Below, piece by piece: positions 12,691 through 23,890 of a stretch of DNA of 49,945 nt (its first letter is position 1; each line of letters starts with the position of its first letter). Source of the DNA: Craspedostauros australis (Eukaryota); assembly GCA_030167865.1 (NCBI GenBank), contig JALAGF010005131.1, positions 1-49,945 of the forward strand, given 5' to 3'. The position numbers and the translations under genes were made by a program. Below the pieces are notes generated by a model. It saw only the letters and a list, made by a program, of their open reading frames with translations. It had not been told where the DNA came from and searched no databases.

Positions 12691-13561
12691 AATGACAGCG
12701 CTCCTGACGACACCAATGGTGATGACGCAAACCAGCATCTCTTCATGCAACGCAACTCTGTTCGATGGTGATGGCGATGGTGACCACTCCAACAGCGCCG
12801 CATCCCTTCACATTGGTACCACCACCAACAACACCACCAACACAAACAATCAGACAAGATGATGAGACATCGACATCCAAGAGGAACTGTGGGAAGGCTC
12901 GCCAGTTGCTCCGTACCCTTGACCCACCCGTCGTACGACTATGAGTATTACTATGGAACCTTCCATGAGTATGATCTACTCTGGGAGTTGCCACAGCAGG
13001 GCGTCCAGCCTGATACTCTGTTCGAACCTTCGCTCGGTCATGACGATCGAAGTTGCTGGAAGAGGACGATGTCAGACCACCGGGTCCGTGTGCTGCCGTG
13101 GGAAGGCACGCCTGCACACATCTGCACCCATGTAAACACATCGTCAGCATCCCATACTCGTAATACCGGCAGAACACAACAGTCTCAAACTCGGCATCGC
13201 GCAGTGCAGCGACAGACTGTGAGGATCGCAACATCCTGCGTGTGAGCATCAAGGTTGCGAAGTTGCTGAAACAAGTTCTGCCAATGACGTACGACGCCGC
13301 ATTTCGCAGCATCGATTGCATCGACCAACCGCAACAACAGGTCCGGCTCGAATGAAGCCGGCGCCACTAAATCCCTTCTTGAATCAACACCCAACTGCAA
13401 CAGACGAAGCTGATGCCAGCACCTATGACAGGGTGGGAACCCAGTGGTGGAATGAAGAAGAACCCGATGTAGTAAGTGGGCCAAAGGTGTCTCGAGGTAT
13501 ATATAATAGTAGTCTACGACCACGTATACAAGTACGAGTGCTCTCCAGAGAGCAGAATCTA

Positions 13562-15118
13562 TCATATTATCCTGCACTGCGAATGAATCGATGAATCACC
13601 CCCTATTTGAAAGATCCAGGTCTTGACGGCGCCCGCAGTCTCCATTGCATTCGATACCTCCTGTGCCTTGTCTGCGGAACACCAAGCAACGCCACATCCA
13701 CCACCACCGGAACCCACGATCTTGAAACCCCACGCTCCCGTATGCAGGGCTGCGGTGCGCATATCCTCAATGCGAGGCGTCGACAACTGCAATCCATCCC
13801 GCAACGCACAATGATGCACGTCCATCAGCTTGGCGAGTTGCCGACCGCTACCAGTTGCGTTGGACATCCACAGTTTCGCGGCTTCCGCTTCCACATCACG
13901 ATTCGTGCGCGTCACCTGCAACAGCGTGCGTTCGGTATCGTCCAGATCGGCATCCTGCGTATCCCAATCACCATTCAGCTTGGTCGCGTACAGTTCCAAC
14001 CGATCGTACTTGCAGCGTTTGAGATGCCGCATCGTGTNNNNNNNNNNNNNNNNNNNNNNNNNNNNNNNNNCGCCATCGACGGGCGGCAACTTCACGACGG
14101 CGTCCGGAGCAATACGCAGACACGTGCCGCGACTGCAGCAGATCGACACATGATCCATCGTGCCGCCCGGTGCGCCGAAGTGCGTGACTTCCGCGCGATG
14201 CGCAAGCCGGGCCAAATCATCGTCGTTGTGGCGGGGTTGTGACGCCAATCGCGACAGCACCAGGATCCATGCCGCGACGAAGGCCGTCGAGCTGCTGCAA
14301 CCCGATTGCAANNNNNNNNNNNNNNNNNNNNNNNNNNNNNNNNNNNNNNNNNNNNNNNNNNCCTGCGTATCCCAATCACCATTCAGCTTGGTCGCGTACA
14401 GTTCCAACCGATCGTACTTGCAGCGTTTGAGATGCCGCATCGTGTCCTTGGGCTGGCCCGAGTCCGCCAGCACCCACACGCCATCGACGGGCGGCAACTT
14501 CACGACGGCGTCCGGAGCAATACGCAGACACGTGCCGCGACTGCAGCAGATCGACACATGATCCATCGTGCCGCCCGGTGCGCCGAAGTGCGTGACTTCC
14601 GCGCGATGCGCAAGCCGGGCCAAATCATCGTCNNNGTGGCGGGGTTGTGACGCCAATCGCGACAGCACCAGGATCCATGCCGCGACGAAGGCCGTCGAGC
14701 TGCTGCAACCCGATTGCAACGGGATGTCGGTTGTGGAAACGCATCTGGCACCGCCGTTGCGGAACTCCCATCCGTCCTGGAAGGCCTCCTGCAATGCGGA
14801 TAACGCAAAATCCATGGCCTCGCCGTCATCATCATCATCACCGTCGTTGCTTTCACCGTCGTTGCTTTCACCGTCTTTGCCATTGTTCCTGCATGGTGAC
14901 ACCTGTGATGAGATCGCGTGCAGATCGTAAGTGAAGTGCTGATCCAGCTGCGGCACGGTCAGCTCGATGCATGCAGAATCTGGGGTGGGCGTCACCTCGA
15001 TCCGGCATGTCAGCGGAATGGCGCAGGCGATGACCGGCAGATCGAGGTAGTCCTGATGCTCGCCAAACAAGCACACCCTGCCAGGTGCGACGGCAGTGAA
15101 CGGCGTGTTCAAAGTCAT
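13562..15118 (-). CDS. galK: Galactokinase-like GHMP kinase (~382 aa once the artefactual duplication is removed)
   Basis: Motifs APGRVCLFGEHQDY, PLQSGCSSSTA, GTMD and GFKIVGSGGGGC. Confidence 0.85.
   Translation of the reverse strand: MTLNTPFTAVAPGRVCLFGEHQDYLDLPVIACAIPLTCRIEVTPTPDSACIELTVPQLDQHFTYDLHAISSQVSPCRNNGKDGESNDGESNDGDDDDDGEAMDFALSALQEAFQDGWEFRNGGARCVSTTDIPLQSGCSSSTAFVAAWILVLSRLASQPRHXDDDLARLAHRAEVTHFGAPGGTMDHVSICCSRGTCLRIAPDAVVKLPPVDGVWVLADSGQPKDTMRHLKRCKYDRLELYATKLNGDWDTQXXXXXXXXXXXXXXXXXLQSGCSSSTAFVAAWILVLSRLASQPRHNDDDLARLAHRAEVTHFGAPGGTMDHVSICCSRGTCLRIAPDAVVKLPPVDGXXXXXXXXXXXXTMRHLKRCKYDRLELYATKLNGDWDTQDADLDDTERTLLQVTRTNRDVEAEAAKLWMSNATGSGRQLAKLMDVHHCALRDGLQLSTPRIEDMRTAALHTGAWGFKIVGSGGGGCGVAWCSADKAQEVSNAMETAGAVKTWIFQIGGDSSIHSQCRII
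13954..14719. repeat. 358-bp direct duplication across a 50-N gap (likely scaffolding artefact)
   Basis: 13954-14311 equals 14362-14719 apart from Ns; gap at 14312-14361. Confidence 0.85.
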
Positions 15119-15754
15119 TGCTGCGGAGCGATGGGATGCGGCAGAAGGTGCTCGGTGGCTTCAGCTCATACCACACGAGTGCCTATCGCTTCTGTCATCG
15201 TCATTGCCCTCCGCCCTCCTTGGGATAGTCCCATTGTCGGTTGTATTCTGACGAGCTGTATTGTGTTGTGTTGTGCATCATGAGTGTGTGCACAAGATTT
15301 TGTCGTGTTTCGATCCATTTTCGTCACTTTCGACCGTTTCACTCCAAATTGTTGTTGCTTTGTATTGGAGCGAAACCAGTCACGAGGACTCGAATGAGTC
15401 ACGATCAGCAGACAACAACAACACCCACAGAAACAGACACAGAAGACTCAACGCAAAGAAAGAGAAACCAAAACACAGAAGACACAATCCATCAAACAAC
15501 ACATTGGATACGAACTCATACCCAACTACCGCCACCGTTTCAATACAGACATCGAATTGCCACTCGTATTCATCACACAGTGCATGGTACTCATATAATA
15601 CCAATACAAGCCATTGAAGACACCATCATCGATATCTCTGCCAGAGGTATAATAGCTCAGACCACACACTTCCTCAACAGCCAATCCAACGCCAATCGTC
15701 CAACGTCAATTGTTCAACGTCGATCATCCAGCAACCATCAACCATCCTCTCAAA

Positions 15755-16744
15755 ATGGAGAATGTTACGGACGACCAACTCCTTGATGCTGCCCGTGCAG
15801 GTGACTTGTCGGTGTTGAAGGAATGGAAGAAGCAGAACGATACTCAGAACAAAGGAGTTGATGTCAACAAGGGTAAAGACTGGCTTGGTCAGATTCCCCT
15901 TCATTTGGCATGCCGCAAAGGCCACCTGGAGTGTGTGAAGTACCTCATCGAATCATGTGGGGCAAACATCAACTGCAAAGCCAAGCATGGTTGGACTCTG
16001 CTTCATCAGGCATGCATGCGTGGCCAGCTGGAGTGTGCGGAGTACCTCATCGAATCATGTGGGGCAAACATCAACTGCAAAGACAACAATGGTTCCACTC
16101 CCCTTCATGTGGCATGCATGCGTGGCCAGCTGGAGTGTATCGGGTACCTCATCAAATCATGTGGGGCAAACATCAACTGCAAAAACAACCATGGTTTCAC
16201 TCCCCTTCATGTGGCATGCATCAACGGCCACCTGGAGTGTGTGAAGTACCTCATCGAATCATGTGGGGCCAATGCCAACTGCAAAATCAGCGCTGGTTAC
16301 ACTCCCCTTCATGGGGCATGCTACTTTGACAAGCTGGAGTGTGTGAAGTACCTCATCGAATCATGTGAGGCGAACATCAACTGCAAAACCAGCGCTGGTT
16401 ACACTCCCCTCCATAAGGCATGCATGCGTGGCCAGCTGAAGTGTGCGGAGTACCTCATCGAATCATGTGGGGCGAACATCAACTGCCAAAACAACCATGG
16501 TTACACTCCCCTTCATGTGGCATGCCACAACAACCAGCTGGACTGTATCGAGTCCCTCATTAGAGGACTTTCACCTTCAGCTCACCCACAACTGCAACAA
16601 CTGCAGCAACACTTACAACAAAATGAACAAGCAAATGAACAACCACAAGAACAGTTGAGACAGCAGTTGAAGCGGAAGAAGGAAGAGAATGAACACAAAC
16701 ACAGCAGCCACAAGAGGACCAACATCAGCATTGGAGAAGACTAG
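15755..16744 (+). CDS. Ankyrin-repeat protein copy B (N-cap, 7 repeats, Gln-rich coil), 329 aa; truncated ankyrin-BTB gene
   Basis: ATG at 15755 in the same context as A and C; seven 102-bp repeats. The frame beyond the TAG reads LKSFQTENRTDTIFLCGQGN*QQPIKANAKVLMITVPSIQTLMD. Confidence 0.9.
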   Translation: MENVTDDQLLDAARAGDLSVLKEWKKQNDTQNKGVDVNKGKDWLGQIPLHLACRKGHLECVKYLIESCGANINCKAKHGWTLLHQACMRGQLECAEYLIESCGANINCKDNNGSTPLHVACMRGQLECIGYLIKSCGANINCKNNHGFTPLHVACINGHLECVKYLIESCGANANCKISAGYTPLHGACYFDKLECVKYLIESCEANINCKTSAGYTPLHKACMRGQLKCAEYLIESCGANINCQNNHGYTPLHVACHNNQLDCIESLIRGLSPSAHPQLQQLQQHLQQNEQANEQPQEQLRQQLKRKKEENEHKHSSHKRTNISIGED

Positions 16745-16886
16745 CTCAAATCCTTCCAAACGGAGAACAGGACAGACACCATCTTCTTGTGTGGACAGGG
16801 CAACTAACAGCAACCAATCAAGGCAAATGCCAAAGTCCTGATGATCACCGTCCCATCCATTCAGACACTGATGGACAAAGGAATCC

Positions 16887-17075
16887 TGTGAATAAGATGA
16901 GTAGTGTGTAAATCAATGTTGTTCGCTAATATTATGAGCTATTGCATTGATGAGCTGAGGAGTTGCGGTCTTAGCTCCTGCTAGTGTCTTGCTCTGCTCT
17001 AGGAGGAAAGTGGGCACAAGGTGTGCACTTTGCCTACGTAGGTCAGTTGGGTCATGTGCAGGACTGGAATCAATA
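16887..17075 (-). mobile_element. LTR-like element (189 bp) homologous to 12397-12584; no TSD, and the copy B tail is missing beyond it
   Basis: Shares AATCAATGTTGTTCGCTAATA, GGAGTTGCGG, AAAGTGGGC and GGACTGGAATCA blocks; roughly 70% identical by eye. Confidence 0.7.
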
Positions 17076-17981
17076 TGGAGATTTCTGGTTGTCCAACACA
17101 TTTTGCATCCACAGCTTACATGGTAGTATCGTACGTAGTCATAGTTATCTCGCTCCTCCCTCAGGGGGATCGTCTCAAGCATGTCCAGCGATGATTGATT
17201 GAACGAATACTCACCATTGCAGGCTAATTCATCCATGTTGGCAGCATTGTTGCAGTGAGCTATTGTAGTTGTAAACAATGGTGTGCACCGTTTGGAGCTG
17301 CTCGAGGGTGACTTCATGACTCCCATGAGGATAGTGAAGACGGAGTTGACCAAGGAAGAGAGGGGGGTGCCTCCGGAGGCTGTGGTGCCATCGGGACCGA
17401 CGAAGGTGATCATTCCGTGAAGCACCAGAGTCCACCAAGCTGACGCTTGTTGCTCTCTTGCATCGTTCTTGGCTGATCATGCTGCTGCTGTTGGTGTTGC
17501 TCTTGTTTGTGATGTGGGTGCTGTGCATGATATTCATTGATTTGCTGAGTTGCTTGCATCTGAGTTGTTGGTGATGCTGATGCAGATGCTGATTTGTGAG
17601 ATGAGGACTGGTGGGAACGAAGAGACTTGAGGATCTCACATGATATGGATGCCACAAGATGGATGGGATTCATCGCCAATGCTGAGAGTAGCATCCATAT
17701 ACACATGAACACCCTGGCACGATCGTTTGGATGTTGTGCAGGCGTTCGCCACGAGAAATCAATCTTGTTCGGCATCTTCAGGAACGTCGCAGGTTCTCAA
17801 CTACAAAAGCACCTCCTGTTGTGGAGGGGCCATTTTGTGTTGTTGTTGGAAGTATCCGTGGATGTTGGTGGTCTCGTCTATCGATGGCTCATGGGACAAC
17901 CACCATGGCAATATGAGTGATGGAATGCTGGAGTATCAGCATATGGAAATGGGGATCATCCTATCCCTCCATCATCAGGAG

Positions 17982-18151
17982 TGACAATTCTCACAGAATT
18001 CCTTACTTCTTACTTCTTTACTAATCGTACTAGTCAAATACTGGTCGGGGGCTGTCTTCGGACAGCACTCACAAATAAACAACCAGAGCTCCGACCAGGG
18101 CACGAAACAACGGGCCAATACGTCTTCTGTAGTTACTTGCACTGTTTGACA
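17982..18151 (+). repeat. 5' LTR, 170 bp
   Basis: Direct repeat of 23707-23890 with 5 substitutions and two fewer CTTACTT units. Confidence 0.95.
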
Positions 18152-18181
18152 GATTAAGAGTCGTGCTTACCAACACTGAGC
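18152..18181 (+). promoter_or_regulatory. Primer-binding site complementary to the 5' half of tRNA-Lys(CUU)
   Basis: GATTAAGAGTC abuts the LTR and is the reverse complement of the anticodon arm GACTCTTAATC; further blocks match the D-arm. Confidence 0.75.
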
Positions 18182-18227
18182 AACACCCAACACCACACCA
18201 CCTTTTACCATCTTACGAGTTACCATC

Positions 18228-21200
18228 ATGGACCGACCAACCAACATCAACACCTTCAACAAGATCATCCAAGAGCTGGTTCAGCTCGATGACGAAGAGA
18301 TGGCGTTCATCGGCAAGAAACTCGGGAGAATCGATCGTGTCATCCGCAATTCGGACACCACCATCGTGGCGGCTTTGGTGCTCTTGCCAATGCTGTCATC
18401 AATCAACATCACCAACATCCTGCGCATCTTCGCATACGCGAGATCCAATACCATCACCGCGCGAACCGATTGGGCAGCAATCAACTTGTTCAACAAAGTG
18501 AACAGCTACGTGCCACCAGAAGTCAGCACGCCAGTCGCGAACGCAGCTGCTCAAGTACGGTCGGAGATGGCGATCAGAGAGGAAGCCGCAGCAGCGGATG
18601 CCACTGACACAACGGGTCGCGAGATCACAATCAGCTCACCGAGCCGCGTGACACGCACCGCCTGATCACCACGAACTCCAAGGACTCCATCAGGATGGAA
18701 GTTCAACAAGATCAGCATGCCAGAAGCACCCGAATTCACCGGCATGAACTGCGACTGGTATGACTGGAAGATCACGTTCAAGCGCCAGCTGGTCACATCC
18801 AGGTATGCCGCGTACCTCGATGTCGACAAGCCATCGCACTTCAGTGTGGAGATCGACGCGCAGCTATACACTGTCCTGCACACCAAGACAGAGAAGGGAT
18901 GCGCAGCATTCATAGTGGAAGCATATGAACCCAACGGCCATGATGCATACCAGGCACTCATACGCATGTATGAATCCGTCGACAACAAAGCTGAGGCCAT
19001 CGTCGAGGAAGAACAGAAGATTGCCGAGCTCCGTTACGACGGATCCGAGCCATTCCCAGTATTCGTCATTGCTTTCTCCAAATGCATCCGCGTCATGGAG
19101 CAAAACGGGAAGCAGATGACCGACCAGCAGAAGATCGCGAAGTTCTTTTGCAGTATCACAGACGATCGCTTCACAAGCGAGGTGTCCAGGTTCCGTAACA
19201 CGGAACACTCCTTCAGCGCAATCCGTGAGGCGTTCATGCAACATGACGCGCTCCTCACGAAGTCGGAAGGACACTACTCTCCCAAGCGCAACCGTCGCTA
19301 CCAGCAGAAGGACACCAAGAACGACCGCAAGAGGCCACGCGAATCCTCCAAGTGGGATCGCAAGGGCACCGCATCGTTTCGGTTGCCGGACTCCGTCTTC
19401 CGCCGCATGCCGGTGAGCACTCAAGTGCTCCTTGTCAAAACGTCTTGCCACTTCCGCACTACCGGGAAACCAATCGATGAGGAAACCCTCAAGCGCAACA
19501 AACCGACAGAGTACGCGCGCAACCTCGAGTTGCCAATGACCCAGCACGGGCCCAAGCGGCCCCGCACGGGCGAACACAAGACTGGACAACCCGGCACCCA
19601 AGGACCATGGAACGCCGGTTCTTGACAATCAAAGACGGGCACAACTCGCCGTCAGTCGGAGATTGTCATCCACCTCAAACCCCGCGACTGTAGGGGGGCG
19701 AGCGTGACGACCGCAGCGGGAATGCCCGGACGTGCACGTCCGGAGGCGCCACAAGAGTCCCGTCCGTGCACAACCCACCCAACAGTGGAGCATTGCATCT
19801 GAAGGGCGAGAGTAACGAATAGCCAAGGCTTTATCATCCTAGACTCAGGGGCGGACGGAGACATCGTTCATGCGTCGGGCTGGGAGGTGACCCACACACA
19901 CCAACAAGAGTTTCGTGCCTGAGGGGCGACGATGGACTCACCAATCGAGACATTCCAGATGGTCGACGCGGTGGCAGCATACGAGCCCCCATCAGGCGGC
20001 GTGATCCTCATACAAGCGAACTACGTGGCTCTCGACAAGCATCCACAGCAGACGGAATCACTGTTTAACACACATCATATGCACGCGTCCGGACTGAACG
20101 TCTACGATCGCCTACTTGAACATCAGGGACAGCAGCGGGTCTCATCGGGTGATATCAGCTTACCACTGGACAACCATGACGGCAACACGCTCCGAATTCC
20201 CATCAGAAAGCCAACAGCCCACGAGATGGCGACGGCACAGCATATCATCATATGCGACAGACACCAGCGTCTACGACGCAATGCGGGTCGGATCGATTTC
20301 ACGCGAATCTTCCGACACCTTCCACCACACGTGGTGGAGAAAACCATGGCGGCATCCACTCAGCTGGCGGATACTCCGATCGAGGCAGAGTCAAGGCTTA
20401 TCCCGCAGCAGTATCGAGCGCAGCGAGCAGGAGTGCTGCAACCCAACAGAATCGACGGCAGAGTTGACACGGACACGTTCTTCTCCACCGTCCAGTCCAT
20501 CCGGCACTACAAGTGTTTCCAGCTCTTCTCGCACAACCAATCGAAATTCATCTGGGCGAAGCCACTGAGCCGCGAGGCCATGGCGCCAGGGGCGCTCACG
20601 GACTTCATCGTCCGCGTCGGCGCTCCGGATCTACTCGTGTCAGATAATTCGCAGGTGCAGTCAGGAAAGGCATGGAAAGCGGTGACGGCGAGATATCTCA
20701 TCAAGCATCAATTCACCGTGCCAATGAAACAGAACCAGAACCACGCAGAACGGGCAATCGGCGATGTCAAGCGGCATGCATACCAGCTACTGTGGGCGGC
20801 CTTGGCGCCACTCTCATTCTGGTGCTATGCTGTGCAACACGCCATCGACACATGGAACTACACGGCGAAGGCGAGCCTCCAATGGCGTACACCAATCGAG
20901 ATTCTTCGCGGCCATACTCCCGACATCTCGATGTTTCGCTTCACGTTCTTCCAACCCGTATGGTTCTTCGAACCCATGACCAAATTTCCCAACCATCCAT
21001 TCAAGCCAGGGTACTTCCTTGGCATCGCATGGAATCACGGCGATCCATTCACCTACCACATCTGGTCGCCACGAGGCGACGACGTCACGAAGGGCACCGC
21101 GCTTGTGCGAAACATCGTCAAGCCGCATGTCGTCGAAGACGCCGTTCCTCCACGCATCACCGACGCGGAGGTCGACCGCATCGCTCGACTCGATATCATC

Positions 21201-23709
21201 CACACCACTACGCGCGGCGAGTCCGGCGAACGCGCCCAAACCAAGACATTGCCGGCGGAACTCGCTCGACAGGTCCGCGAGGCCATCGACGCGATTGCTG
21301 TGCAATCAGGGGCGGCAGCGGGTCCACCGGAGCCGGAGACGCAGGAGGTCAGGGGCGTATCCGAGACTAATACGCCAGCAGGCACGGCTGACCGATGGTT
21401 CGGTCAACCCAACATAATTCCCAACGACGGCGACAGGCCAGAACAGAATGCACACGGCGTCATCTCAGATGACAACGGCGACGCATCCACGGGTAACATC
21501 TCTGAGGAGACCGATGACTCCGAAGTCACGGCAATGCCAGATCCTCCGGAGCACCGCTCTCAGGGGCGTGAGTCCTCTCTCATCGAGAGAGAGAGCATGA
21601 CGAGCTGTTCCGAAATCAGGTCGAAAACGAGAAATCTGACGACTTGGCAGTCCAATCCATCCTCAGCCACGCATTCAGAGACGGACATCTACACTTCAAT
21701 GTGCAAGGGTCCAACACTGAAACGCAATGGTTCCGCTACGACGTGATCCGAGCTGACCATCCCGAAATGGTAGCACGATACATCATCGACAACGAACCAC
21801 GACGCAACGATCGACACAATCGACAATCGCAAGTCCTACTCAAGTGGGCAAAACATGCACTGCGAGTCATCAGGCCAGAATCCGACGAATCGAGCAGACT
21901 CAAGCCTTCGCAATGGATGAGAATGACAACATCATCATCGTCAGACGAATCCGTCCAGGCAAGAAGAAGCCGAAACGAGACTACTTCGCCACTGTATATC
22001 AATACGGTGTCGAGGTCCCACGCAACATGAAACATGCATTGCAACTGGATGAAGCCAATGGGGATCACCAATGGAGAGATGCAGCGAAGAAAGAGATCGA
22101 CGCATTGATCAAACTCGACTGCTTCACGTTCCACCCATCAACGTACCAACCACCACCAGACTACCAGAGCACGAAACTCCGACTCATATTCGCGGTCAAG
22201 CAAGATCTGCGACGTAAGGGGCGCTTGGTAGCAGGCGGGCATCTCATCGAGCTGGCGGACAACATCCGAGTCTACTCNTCAACCGTCAAGTCGACAAGCG
22301 TCNGCATNCTNGATGCAATNGCAGANGCAAACAACCTGCANCAGCTATGTGGCGACGTCGGCAANGCATTNGTCAATGCNTACACCAATGAGAAGATCTA
22401 CGCGACAGCAGGAAAGGCATTCGACGACAAAGAAGGACAAGTCATTGTGCTCAAGAAAGCACTGTACGGTCTTTGGTCGAGCGCACAATGATTCCATGCA
22501 CACTTCGCTAACACTCTCTCATCAATGGGATTCACGCCATCTCGGCATGATCAAGATGTATGGATCCAGCGCAGAGATGACTCTGGCTACAACTACATCT
22601 GCACCCATGTGGACGACTTCAAGATAGTCGCCAAAGACCCAGATCAGTACATGAAAGCGATCCAACAAGTCTACACAGTCAAAGACATTGGACCACCAAA
22701 GTACTATTTCGGCAACGATTATTCCAGGAACGCAAAAGGAAAATGGAGCGTCGGATGCGACAAATACATTTCCAATGCTCTGGACAAGATCGAACGGCTC
22801 CATGGGGAACTGCATGATCAACATGTACCCATGAAGAGCAAGGATCACCCGGAAACGGATGATACACCACTACTAACACCTGACAAGCAACAACAGTTCC
22901 AGCAGCTCATTGGCATGCTGAACTGGGTTGTACAGCTTGGACGTTTCGACGTCGCATTTGCAACCTCTTCTCTCTCGCGTTTCACGTCGACACCACGAAA
23001 AGGGCATCTCACACAAGCACTTAAGATATGGGGATACCTCAAGAACAAATCAATGCTGAGAACCATGATTGACTCAAAGCCCATCGCATTCGAGAACTTC
23101 AATCCAGAATCGCCCAACCCGGAGATGGTTGCACAGATGAAGGAAGAGTACCCCGAAGCGGCCGAGGACATTGACGATCAGGCACCGGCAGCGATATATC
23201 CTGAGATCCAGATGTGCGCATTCGTCGATGCGGACCACGCACATGATCTGGTCACGCGGAGATCGAACACCGGCATCATCATATTCCTGGGGCGCACCCC
23301 AGTGCACTTCTCCAGCAAACGCCAGACATCAGTCGCAACATCAACGTACGGAGCAGAATTCAATGCAATGCGCTCGGCTACCGAGGAAATCATTGCGCTC
23401 CGATACGCACTCCGATACGCACTCCGATTGCTGGGAGTCACAGTCAAAGCGCCAACGATCACGTTTGGCGACAATGCTGCAGTGATATCAAACACGACCA
23501 TTGCAGACAGCTTGCTACAAAAGAAGCATGTGGCAATATCATTCCACAGAGTCCGCGAAGCGGTGGGAGCTGGAATCCTTGTTCCAGTATATGTCCCATC
23601 GAAGCAGAACTTTGCGGATATGCTCACAAAGGCACTGGCAAAGCCAGAACTCACATCATTTGTCACAACTCTGTTCTATGCAGGTCTACCTCGAGATCAG
23701 GGGGTGTGA
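18228..23709 (+). pseudogene. gag-pol polyprotein with 5 in-frame TGA stops and 2 frameshifts
   Basis: Gag PEFTG...W; protease IILDSGA; integrase DTDTFF/VSDNS/NHAER; RT LKKALYGL and HVDDF; RNase H FVDADHA, STYGAE, FGDN, ADMLTK. Stops at 18663, 19623, 19800, 19920, 22489; frameshifts at ~21590 (GA repeat) and ~21872. Confidence 0.9.
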
Positions 23710-23890
23710 CAATTCTCACAGAATTCCTTACTTCTTACTTCTTACTTCTTACTTCTTTACTGATCGTACTAGTCAAATACTGGTTGGGGGCTGTCTTCAG
23801 ACAGCACTCACAAATAAACAACAAGAGCTCCGACCAGGGCACGCAACAACGGGCCAATACGTCTTCTGTAGTTACTTGCACTGTTTGACA
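23707..23890 (+). repeat. 3' LTR, 184 bp, preceded by purine tract AGGGGG
   Basis: Matches the 5' LTR and is followed by TSD AGGAG. Confidence 0.95.

Larger units (their letters stand above)
11390..13520 (+). repeat. Duplicated gene unit, copy A (paralogous to ~15544-16886 and to ~24400-26442 plus 35905-35942)
   Basis: Shared upstream sequence (CAGACATCGAATTGCCAC, CTCTCAAAATG), ankyrin ORF, and ~1 kb of downstream sequence collinear with 25350-26442. Boundaries approximate. Confidence 0.85.
17982..23890 (+). mobile_element. Ty1/Copia LTR retrotransposon (CoDi-like), full length but decayed
   Basis: LTRs at 17982-18151 and 23707-23890 with TG..CA ends; TSD AGGAG at 17977-17981 and 23891-23895; domain order gag-PR-IN-RT-RH. 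Confidence 0.95.

Noticed and set aside
13954..14719. Galactokinase with a duplicated central domain
   Set aside because: Same 50-N gap overlap pattern; the in-frame offset of 408 bp is coincidental.
17076..17981. Internal region of an LTR element following the LTR at 16887-17075
   Set aside because: No purine tract or convincing PBS next to the LTR and no gag/pol motifs; the sequence remains unidentified and may be a decayed gene continuing at 23896-24350.
22270..22385. Cluster of single N bases in the RT region
   Set aside because: Most likely ambiguous consensus from collapsed multi-copy or heterozygous reads.
18663..22491. TGA recoding or programmed readthrough to explain the repeated in-frame TGA codons
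   Set aside because: TGA ends other ORFs here (LINE ORF2, pol, galactokinase), the contexts favour Arg (CGA), and the element also has frameshifts.
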